From an uncultured Aminicenantes bacterium (GTDB taxonomy: Bacteria > Acidobacteriota > Aminicenantia > UBA2199): 34,594 nt of DNA. The position numbers and the translations under genes were made by a program. The notes under the pieces are model-generated. The model saw only the letters and a program-made list of their open reading frames with translations. It was not told where the DNA came from and did not search any database. Location of the stretch: contig CBDAFS010000032.1 of NCBI GenBank assembly GCA_965195285.1, forward strand, positions 1 through 34,594, in the 5' to 3' direction. Shown here piece by piece: positions 18,234 through 26,033 of this stretch (positions are counted from its first letter, which is position 1; every line of letters begins with the position of its first letter).

Positions 18234-21200
18234 TTAGTATATGATTTCAATCGTGTTTTCACCGATCAGGCTCTCCAGCTCTTTTTTCATGGCCAGGGTG
18301 GGTTTTAATCCCTGGTCCTCGCTGGAGCTGACTATGGTCCGATATCCATCCGAACGGTTAATGACGATGAGATAGGGAACTGCATCCCGGTTTTTATCAA
18401 TCAGATTGTTTAATTTTTCATTGAATGATTTGGTAAGTTGCTGGTAGTTTATTTTGATAATAATTTTTCTGGCTTTTTTTCTTAAAAAAAGTTCCAGTCC
18501 CACGATATTTTCCAGATAAATATTGGTTTCCCTATCATCCCGTAAGGGTAGCCGGCCCTCCAGGAAATACGGGTGGTCGAGTTTAATGTCCTTTTTTAGG
18601 TTTTCCCACTTGTCCTTGAAGGTCAGAATTTTGATTCTTCCGGTCAGATCCTCGAAATACAGCTCTGCGTAGAACTCGCCCTTTTTTGATTTTTTTTGTT
18701 TATACTGGGTGATCATCCCGCCCAGTTTGACTAGCTCTCCTTTGAATTCTTTGGTGTCAATCCGGGAAATGGTGGTATTGGATACTTTGCGGATTTCCTT
18801 TTTATACTTTTCCAGCGGATTGTGGCTGATATAGATGCCGGTGATTTCTTTCTCTCCCTGAATGATAAGGTTTTCACTCCACTCGGGCTGGCTGAGGCTT
18901 TCCGAAGGGATCACAATACCGGTACCGGCCTCTTCTTTTGAAAATAGGGCCATCTGATTCTGGTTTTTATTTTTCTCAATGATTCCGGCCTGTTTGATGA
19001 TCTCTTCGACATTTTCATAAAGGGCCCTGCGCGTGATTTTAAAGTTATCCATGGCCCCGGATTTAATCAGGCTTTCAATGACCGCCTTGTTGACTTTGGT
19101 CAGGTCAATGCGGGTGATAAAATCTGAATAGTCACTGAATTCCCCGTTTTCCTCACGGGCCTTTATAATACTCTTGATGGCTGCATCGCCAACATTCTTT
19201 AAGCCTTTTAATCCGAACCGGATCGAGGATACCGATTCCACTCTAAAAATTTCATGACTCCGGTTGATGTCAGGAGGTTGAATGGTTATGTTCATTTTTT
19301 TGCAATCCGATATATACTGAATGATTTTGGATGAGGTTGAGGTTTTTTCCGATTCAGAGGTTAGATGGGCTGACATGAAGTATACTGGGTAGTGGGCTTT
19401 CAGGAAGGCGGTTTGATAGGCCAGGAAGGCGTAGGCAGTGGAATGAGATTTGTTGAACCCGTACTCGGCAAAGGTTTTTAACTGGGAGAACAGTTTTTCC
19501 AATTTTTTTCGGTTAAAACTCTTTTTAATGGCCCCGGCCATGAATTCCTTTTCGAGTCCGGGTAATTTATGGGTCAATTTTTTCCCTATTACTTTTCTAA
19601 ATTCATCGGCCTTACTCATGGAAAACCCGGCAATTTTTACCGATATCTGCATCACCTGTTCCTGAAACACGATGATCCCGTAAGTGTCTTTCAGCATTTC
19701 CTCCAATTCCGGAAAAATAAAAGATATCTTTTCTTTTCCCAGTTTTCGATTTACATATTGATCTGCCATTCCTGAACCCAATGGGCCGGGCCGATAAAGT
19801 GCATTCAGTACGATCAAATCTTCGATTCTATTGGGTTTTGATTTTTTCAAATACTCCCTCATGCCTGCACTTTCAAATTGAAAGATTCCATCGGTGTCGC
19901 CATCCTTGAATATTTTTAATGTTTTTTTATCTGAAAGATCGATGTTTTCAATATCAATTTCATGTTTTTCGATTTCCCGGACATCGTCTATGATATTTTT
20001 GATAATGGTCAGGGTTTTCAAACCCAGGATGTCCATTTTCAACAAACCGATTTCTTCAACCTCGTCTTTTTCATACTGGGTGGTGATTTCATCCTTGGTT
20101 TTGTAAAGGGGCATGAATTCGGTCAGTTTTCTGGGGGCAATGACCACACCGGCTGCATGCATGGAGGTGTGGCGGACGGTATTTTCAAGTTTGAGGGCAA
20201 AATCGAATAGCTTCTTGTTTTCCGGTACCCGCTTGATTTCCTTTTGCAGTTCACTATTGGTTTTGATTTCCTTTTCCAGGCTAACCTTGGGGCCGTCCGG
20301 AATCATTTTGGCCAGCTTATCCACATCACTCAGGGGGATTTCCAGCACCCGCCCGATATCCCGTATGGCCATTTTGGCTTTCATTTTTCCAAAGGTGACA
20401 ATTTGAGCCACATTTTCGCTGCCGTATTTTTCCCGGATATAATTTATAATTTCGTCTCTTCTTTCTGGATCAAAATCAATATCGATATCCGGCATGGATA
20501 TCCGTTCCGGATTGAGAAAACGTTCGAAAATAAGATCATATTTCAGGGGATCAATATTGGTAATTCCCATCACATAGGCCACCAGACTGCCAACCACAGA
20601 ACCCCTGCCCGGGCCGACGGAAATTCCTTTCTCCCTGGCAAACTTCACGATATCCCATACGATGAGAAAGTATCCGGGAAATCCCATTTCCCGGATTTTT
20701 TCGATTTCATAATCGAGTCGCTGTTTATAAACACTCTGGCTGAATTTTTTAAGGTTCAGTTTGGGTTCAATTTTATCAAATCCCTCGGCACATACCAGCT
20801 CGAAATAATCGTCGATTTGATACTCGGGCGGAACCTTGAACCGGGGTAAAAAGTAATTACCCAGTTTAAAATCAAAATGACATTTGGCAGCGATATCCAT
20901 GGTGATATCGATGCTTTCCGGAACCTGGGAAAACAATGCACTCATTTTTTCGCTGGATTTCAGGTACATTTCCGAAGTGTCCATTTTCATGGGCCGATCA
21001 TGGTTAGACAACACTTCGTTGGTTTGCAGGCAGATGAGTATGTCGCGGGCCTCGGAATCCTCCGGATTCAGATAGTGTACATCGTTGGTGGCTACCAGCG
21101 GGATAGAGGTGTCTTTTGATAGCTGGATTAGCTTGGGAAGCACTTCGATCTGTTCCTTCAGGAAATGATTCTGAATTTCAATGTAATAATCATCCTTGAA

Positions 21201-21701
21201 TATCTCCCGGTACCATTTGACGCTCTTATAAGCCATTTCTTCCCTGCCCATTAATAAATAATGGGGAATTTCACCCTGGATGCAGGCTGACAGGATGATT
21301 AAACCCTCATGGTATTTTTTCAGGACTTCCTTATCAATTCTGGGTTTACGGTAGAATCCCTCGATAAAGGAAATGGTAATGAGTTCGGAAAGATTTTTAT
21401 ATCCCTGCTGATTTTTAACCAGAACGATAAGATGATGGTAGTTGATTTCATTCTTGTTCTTGTCCGGTTTGTCCAGTCGTGAATGGGGAGCCACATAGAG
21501 TTCGGATCCAATTATGGGTTTGATATTGTTCTGACGGGCCTGTTTATAAAAATTTACAGCACCCAGAATATTTCCGTGATCGGTCAGGGCAACTGCCGGC
21601 ATATTCATGGCCTTCACTTTCTCTATCAGGGGGGATATTTTTAAAGATGAATCCAGGAGGCTGTATTCGGAATGAAGATGCAGATGAATAAAGCTCTTCA
21701 T
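18234..21701 (-). CDS. dnaE: DNA polymerase III alpha subunit
   Basis: PHP domain (HLHLHSEYSLLD), GPGRGS, SMPDIDIDF, KMDILGL, YGFNKSH and an OB fold. Confidence 0.97.
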   Translation of the reverse strand: MKSFIHLHLHSEYSLLDSSLKISPLIEKVKAMNMPAVALTDHGNILGAVNFYKQARQNNIKPIIGSELYVAPHSRLDKPDKNKNEINYHHLIVLVKNQQGYKNLSELITISFIEGFYRKPRIDKEVLKKYHEGLIILSACIQGEIPHYLLMGREEMAYKSVKWYREIFKDDYYIEIQNHFLKEQIEVLPKLIQLSKDTSIPLVATNDVHYLNPEDSEARDILICLQTNEVLSNHDRPMKMDTSEMYLKSSEKMSALFSQVPESIDITMDIAAKCHFDFKLGNYFLPRFKVPPEYQIDDYFELVCAEGFDKIEPKLNLKKFSQSVYKQRLDYEIEKIREMGFPGYFLIVWDIVKFAREKGISVGPGRGSVVGSLVAYVMGITNIDPLKYDLIFERFLNPERISMPDIDIDFDPERRDEIINYIREKYGSENVAQIVTFGKMKAKMAIRDIGRVLEIPLSDVDKLAKMIPDGPKVSLEKEIKTNSELQKEIKRVPENKKLFDFALKLENTVRHTSMHAAGVVIAPRKLTEFMPLYKTKDEITTQYEKDEVEEIGLLKMDILGLKTLTIIKNIIDDVREIEKHEIDIENIDLSDKKTLKIFKDGDTDGIFQFESAGMREYLKKSKPNRIEDLIVLNALYRPGPLGSGMADQYVNRKLGKEKISFIFPELEEMLKDTYGIIVFQEQVMQISVKIAGFSMSKADEFRKVIGKKLTHKLPGLEKEFMAGAIKKSFNRKKLEKLFSQLKTFAEYGFNKSHSTAYAFLAYQTAFLKAHYPVYFMSAHLTSESEKTSTSSKIIQYISDCKKMNITIQPPDINRSHEIFRVESVSSIRFGLKGLKNVGDAAIKSIIKAREENGEFSDYSDFITRIDLTKVNKAVIESLIKSGAMDNFKITRRALYENVEEIIKQAGIIEKNKNQNQMALFSKEEAGTGIVIPSESLSQPEWSENLIIQGEKEITGIYISHNPLEKYKKEIRKVSNTTISRIDTKEFKGELVKLGGMITQYKQKKSKKGEFYAELYFEDLTGRIKILTFKDKWENLKKDIKLDHPYFLEGRLPLRDDRETNIYLENIVGLELFLRKKARKIIIKINYQQLTKSFNEKLNNLIDKNRDAVPYLIVINRSDGYRTIVSSSEDQGLKPTLAMKKELESLIGENTIEIIY

Positions 21702-21732
21702 CTTTTGGCCTTCATCCGGAATGGCATTCTGG

Positions 21733-23286
21733 CTATTCCCATTCGATAGTGCCGGGCGGTTTTGAGGTCAGATCATAGGTAATTCGATTGATTCCCTTGA
21801 CCTCGTTAACGATCCGGTTTGATACTTTTTTCAAAAAATCATAGGGTGCCGGGTACCAATCGGCAGTCATCCCGTCCACACTATTGACCAGTCTGATGAC
21901 TGCCACATTCTCATAAGTACGGATATCTCCCATGACCCCCACGGTCCTGACCGGAAGCAAGACGATGAATGCCTGCCAGATAAAATCATAGATCTTAAAA
22001 TTCATAAGCTCTTCAATCAATATGGCATCAGCTTCCTGCAGTTTCTTGATCTTGTCCCGGGTGATCTTTCCGATGATTCGAACCGCCAATCCGGGTCCGG
22101 GGAAGGGATGGCGATTGACAAATTCCCTGTCCAGGCCTAATTCTGTCCCGACCTTCCGAACCTCATCTTTAAATAGTTCCTTGAGGGGCTCGATCAGTTT
22201 CCAGTTCATCTTGGCGGGCAGCCCTCCCACATTGTGGTGGCTCTTTATCGTCACCGACGGTCCGTTAACCGATACGGATTCGATGACATCCGGATACAGG
22301 GTTCCCTGGGCCAGGAACCGGACCTTCCCAATCTTTTTCTCGGCCTGTCTGAAAACATCAATGAAGGTTCTGCCGATTATTTTTCTTTTTTTTTCCGGTG
22401 AGCTGATATTGGTCAGATTTTTTAAAAAAATATTCGCAGCCCTGATTCCGGTTACCTTCAGGTTTAACTGATGCTTGAATTTAAACATCAAATCGTTGTA
22501 TTCGTTTTTTCTCAGCAAGCCGGTGTCGATAAAAACAGGTCGAAGTTGATCTCCGACCGCTTCTTTCATTAATAAGGTCAGTACGGTGGAATCAACACCT
22601 CCACTCAGGCCGAGAATCACCCTGTCCTCTCCGATTTCGTCCTTTATTTTGATCAGTGTGGATTTGATGAAATTTTCCATGCTCCAATCCGGTTTTAAAT
22701 CGGCAATACCAAATAAAAAATTGGACATTATTTTTTTGCCTTCGGTAGTATGAACCACTTCGGGATGAAACTGAACTCCGAAAATTTTTCGTTTTTTGGA
22801 TTCAATGACAGCCACTTCACTGTTTTTGGTCCTGCCCGTAACGATAAAATCCCGGGGATATTCGGAAATTTTGTCTCCATGACTCATCCATACTTTTGAA
22901 TGGTTTTTAATTGATTTTAACAGCAGGTCGGAAGGAGATGGTTTTTGATTTTTGTTTATTTCCAGATTGGCCAAACCGTACTCTCTGTTTTTGGCCGGTT
23001 CGATTACCATTCCGGACAGATAGGCGATCAGTTGCAGCCCGTAACATATTCCCAGAATGGGAATGCCGGCTTTTAGAATTTCAGGGGAAATTTTCGGGGC
23101 GTTTTTTTCATAAACGCTGGAAGGACCTCCGGAAAAAATCAGTGCCCCCGGATTCAGGGTCTGGATCTTTTTCAGGGAAATGTTGAAGGGGACTATTTCC
23201 GAATAAACATTCAAATCCCGGATTCTCCGGGCGATCAGTTTGGTATATTGGGAACCGAAATCCAAAATTAAAACACTATTTTTCAT
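21733..23286 (-). CDS. guaA: GMP synthase (glutamine-hydrolysing)
   Basis: LDFGSQY, LGICYG, QFHPE, LSGGVDS, IKSHHNVGGLP and KPPGTIEWE motifs. Confidence 0.97.
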   Translation of the reverse strand: MKNSVLILDFGSQYTKLIARRIRDLNVYSEIVPFNISLKKIQTLNPGALIFSGGPSSVYEKNAPKISPEILKAGIPILGICYGLQLIAYLSGMVIEPAKNREYGLANLEINKNQKPSPSDLLLKSIKNHSKVWMSHGDKISEYPRDFIVTGRTKNSEVAVIESKKRKIFGVQFHPEVVHTTEGKKIMSNFLFGIADLKPDWSMENFIKSTLIKIKDEIGEDRVILGLSGGVDSTVLTLLMKEAVGDQLRPVFIDTGLLRKNEYNDLMFKFKHQLNLKVTGIRAANIFLKNLTNISSPEKKRKIIGRTFIDVFRQAEKKIGKVRFLAQGTLYPDVIESVSVNGPSVTIKSHHNVGGLPAKMNWKLIEPLKELFKDEVRKVGTELGLDREFVNRHPFPGPGLAVRIIGKITRDKIKKLQEADAILIEELMNFKIYDFIWQAFIVLLPVRTVGVMGDIRTYENVAVIRLVNSVDGMTADWYPAPYDFLKKVSNRIVNEVKGINRITYDLTSKPPGTIEWE

Positions 23287-23291
23287 TCTTT

Positions 23292-23320
23292 ATTGTAACA
23301 TTCTGAATGGGATCAAACAA
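23292..23320 (-). promoter_or_regulatory. extended -10 promoter for (near-)leaderless guaA
   Basis: Minus strand TTGTTT-17-TACAAT with TGn immediately upstream of the -10, then 5 nt, then ATG 23286. Confidence 0.55.
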
Positions 23321-23337
23321 CAAATAAGACTAACTTC

Positions 23338-23880
23338 TTATGATTTCAGGGTTAAAAGGCTTGAGGCAATCATTCCAAAGATGATTCTCGATGTATCGTA
23401 AATATTGATGCCGGTTTCATTGGATATTTCAACAATACTCTTTATGCCATCGATTTTTGAAATGACCATCCATTCCAGGGTTGATAGTGATATTTTTCTC
23501 CGTTCGGCCCGGTCAATGTCATTGAAGGTCGGTATGGAATCGATTGAACCGATTTTTTTTCGCAACAGCTTCCATTCATCTATCCGACGGGCTGCTTCCA
23601 TCAGCAGCGATGTAACCGAGCGGGTAATGGTGGTGTTGACGTTGAATTCACCATCCTCGAAAACAAATTCCCCTTTCCCCCAGGAAATCAGAGTAAAAAC
23701 CGCATCCTCTCCGACAAAATTATCGATCTCGGAATGAACGATCTCACCATTATTTATATAAATATGTCCGGCTTCACCGGTCTCATTGGTGAGGACAAAC
23801 CGTCCGCTCTGCTTGGAGTTGGATACCAGCTGCATGATATCGGCAAGATTAATTGATTCTAAAGAGCCTTTTAAACTCAT
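23338..23880 (-). CDS. DUF4388 (PATAN-like) domain protein
   Basis: MSLKGSLESINLADIMQL...G.I.I.NGEIVHS...W..GEF.F...LLMEAARRIDEW signature. Confidence 0.88.
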   Translation of the reverse strand: MSLKGSLESINLADIMQLVSNSKQSGRFVLTNETGEAGHIYINNGEIVHSEIDNFVGEDAVFTLISWGKGEFVFEDGEFNVNTTITRSVTSLLMEAARRIDEWKLLRKKIGSIDSIPTFNDIDRAERRKISLSTLEWMVISKIDGIKSIVEISNETGINIYDTSRIIFGMIASSLLTLKS

Positions 23881-23914
23881 ATTATTAATTTCTCTCAGTT
23901 GATTTCAATAGGAT

Positions 23915-23942
23915 ATTATATAAGTTTCTTGGGTTTTGTCAA
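23915..23942 (-). promoter_or_regulatory. consensus sigma70 promoter for the DUF4388 gene
   Basis: Minus strand TTGACA-16-TATAAT. Confidence 0.65.
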
Positions 23943-24041
23943 GAATTTTACATTTTTTTCCTTAAAAAAATAGAGTTTTGAGATATATCCGATTATCAGA
24001 TCCGGAGGTGAACTTTTTTTGTTTTTGATAGTATATCTATT

Positions 24042-24365
24042 AGGAGGAATAATAATGAAGAAAATATCTTTCGGATTTATGATATATTCAAAAACCAGGT
24101 CAAATATCCCGGCCACTGGCCCAGTGCCATCGATCACATCGTGGCCGACAATAAGCTATATGTGCTGACCAACAAGAAGAATGGGGGCAAATCCGAATTT
24201 GTCATCTTTGATATGGAGGGGAAGCTGTTAAAAAAGGCCATGGTGCCGCTCAAATTTGCCAATCCACGTGAAACCTACCCCTTTACCATCAACTACGGAA
24301 AGCTGTTTCAATTGGCTGACAACGAAGACACCGAAGAATGGGAGCTCCATATTCATGTTATCTAA
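24042..24365 (+). pseudogene. internally deleted remnant of a secreted beta-propeller-like protein
   Basis: AGGAGG RBS + ATG 24055 (MKKISFG...) is out of frame with a protein-like C-terminal frame (YDIFKNQVKYPGHWP...VADNKLYVLT...DNEDTEEWELHIHVI) that has no RBS of its own. Confidence 0.6.
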
Positions 24366-24489
24366 ATTTATCCGGACACTGTTTTGATATTCATGCCTGG
24401 TTAACTAGTTGTCTTGTTAGTTGAAACCAGTCAACGCTTTTACATTGACTTCTGTTTCTTATATATCTTTAAGTTATCAAATCGAAATA

Positions 24490-24518
24490 TTGACTTTTGA
24501 CCTTTATATGGATACTAT
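24490..24518 (+). promoter_or_regulatory. sigma70-type promoter for the lipoprotein gene
   Basis: TTGACT-17-TACTAT, followed by a GAGGAGG RBS. Confidence 0.6.
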
Positions 24519-24542
24519 TTATTTAATTTGTGAGGAGGTAAA

Positions 24543-25169
24543 ATGAGAGCCAGGATATTGACTTTATTCATTTTTATTGGAATTTTTGTGGGATTATTAA
24601 TTTTTGCCGGGTGCAAAAGCACAGAGGATGCGGTTGAATATACCTTTACGGTTACCCTGGGTGAGGGAGTAAGCGGAACTCCGGCGGCCGGGACCTATAC
24701 CCATACTGCAAATGATGTGGTTACCTATAACTATTCAGCTCAATCCGGTTATGGGAACTTGACGGTTACACTTGATAATGCCAGTATCCCTGCCAGTGGT
24801 ACCATTACCATTTCCGGAAATCATACCCTGAATGTTACTTCTGATATTGATATCAGGGGATCCTGGACAGGCCATTTTTATCACAGTGTTTATGATAATT
24901 ATTTTGAAGTCACCTTCAGTGGAGATATATTTTCAGGAACAGCTCAAGGGAAAATAGATGTATATGGAATTGGAAATGGAGGCTATACCATTACCGATGG
25001 TCAGATTGAGTTTACATTACAACTCTCACAATTTGACTTAAATTTTAATGGTACCATCAATGATGTTAATCATATGAGTGGGTCCTGGCAGATCCCTGCA
25101 ACAAGCGGATCATCAGCTTCATTACCCAAAAAACTCCCGTCAAACGGAAACTGGGAGTTGGAAAGATAA
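24543..25169 (+). CDS. lipoprotein, paralog of 1..531
   Basis: Signal peptide II with FAGC lipobox, Thr/Gly-rich beta domains and a strong RBS. Confidence 0.85.
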   Translation: MRARILTLFIFIGIFVGLLIFAGCKSTEDAVEYTFTVTLGEGVSGTPAAGTYTHTANDVVTYNYSAQSGYGNLTVTLDNASIPASGTITISGNHTLNVTSDIDIRGSWTGHFYHSVYDNYFEVTFSGDIFSGTAQGKIDVYGIGNGGYTITDGQIEFTLQLSQFDLNFNGTINDVNHMSGSWQIPATSGSSASLPKKLPSNGNWELER

Positions 25170-25255
25170 ATTCACCACAAATGTTGTTGCCTTTTCCTTT
25201 AATGGGGATTTATTGGTTATTATATAATGAGTCTGTTTAAGGAAGGTGAAATAGG

Positions 25256-25672
25256 ATGAAGGCTATAAAAACATTTCCCCGGATTATTGGTAGTTTGTAT
25301 GCAGGCTTGCTGATTTTGGTTTTATTAATGGTCTGCTCATCAGCCGCTTTTTCTGCTACATACAGAGGTAAAAACATTGATCATAACCACTTTTCCGCCA
25401 CCCTTCAGATGAAGGGAACCACCACCACGTACAGGGTTAATGTGGTGTTTATCGAAAAGAAAGCCAACCTGGTGTTTAGTCATGACCAGACATTGCTCCC
25501 CGCCCAGCAGATAAACCAGTACCTGACCCTTTATTTGCAGGAAGAGGAGATAAAAGATCCAAAGGCGGTGGTGTTGCTGGAATTGATAGTGCCCACTGAA
25601 GAAACGGCGAGAAACAAGGATCCCAAAAACTGGAAGGTGAGTAAAGTCTGGGTCATGGAATTAAATCTGTAA
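25256..25672 (+). CDS. hypothetical secreted protein
   Basis: AAGGAAGG RBS-like sequence. Signal peptide ending AFSA. Confidence 0.7.
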   Translation: MKAIKTFPRIIGSLYAGLLILVLLMVCSSAAFSATYRGKNIDHNHFSATLQMKGTTTTYRVNVVFIEKKANLVFSHDQTLLPAQQINQYLTLYLQEEEIKDPKAVVLLELIVPTEETARNKDPKNWKVSKVWVMELNL

Positions 25673-25762
25673 AAATGAAAAAGAAAGAAAAAGGGGACAT
25701 CTCCCATTTCTTTTATATCTATAAATGTAAATCAAATCTAGATAATATGTGTTTTTGCTTTG

Positions 25763-26030
25763 GGCTGGGTGCTGGTTGCCGGAGGCTGAAAATACGCCCG
25801 GAGGGAGTCGAACCCCCAACGCGCAGATTTACTCGCTCGTTCATCACTCGCTCACCTTCGGTTCCTTCCCTTCGGTCAGTCATGCTGATTCACGTTGAGG
25901 TGAATCATGGGAAGTCTAAATTACACTTCTCCCAAAACCCTTATGGAGTCAGGTATAATCAGGTTTAAGGGACAATCAAATTGAAAATTAATTAAAATTT
26001 AACCAAAATAATTGGCACAAAGCTGGCACA
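25763..26030 (-). repeat. att-like direct repeat, copy 1
   Basis: 25792-25918 matches 29165-29291 at 126/127. 25919-26030 matches 29292-29403 at 84/112 with no gaps. 25763-25791 matches 29135-29163 at 21/29 (hand counts). Confidence 0.95.
25793..25914 (-). pseudogene. interrupted 3' half of tRNA-Arg(UCG), positions 32-73 (att core), copy 1
   Basis: Removing 25821-25855 and 25866-25910 leaves CT-TCG-GA ACCGA AGGTT GGGGG TTCGACT CCCTC CGGGCGT A, which has exact canonical tRNA numbering. No D arm, 5' acceptor strand or CCA. Confidence 0.8.
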
Positions 26031-26031
26031 A
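26012..26031. promoter_or_regulatory. putative tyrosine-integrase arm-type site pair, copy 1
   Basis: TGGCACA at 26013 and 26024 (11-bp period), about 100 bp from the tRNA anticodon loop. Confidence 0.6.
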
Positions 26032-26033
26032 AA

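Noticed and set aside
18234-21701. Intein in DnaE
   Set aside because: Normal length (1155 aa), a contiguous AEYGFNKSH motif, and no intein termini.
25821-25917. Alternative parse: one 80-nt insert with an AGA/TCT anticodon stem giving a UCA (Sec or recoding) anticodon
   Set aside because: There is no long variable arm as tRNA-Sec requires, and TGA is used as a stop here (thiI, sucC, sucD). The two-insert parse gives a canonical CU-UCG-GA loop and AGGUU variable loop.
25954-25959. TATAAT conserved in both repeat copies as an antisense promoter
   Set aside because: No plausible -35 or extended -10, and the context is AT-rich.
25675-25968. ORFs 25675..25968 and 29089..29271
   Set aside because: They are antisense read-throughs of the repeat with unrelated starts and ends and no RBS.
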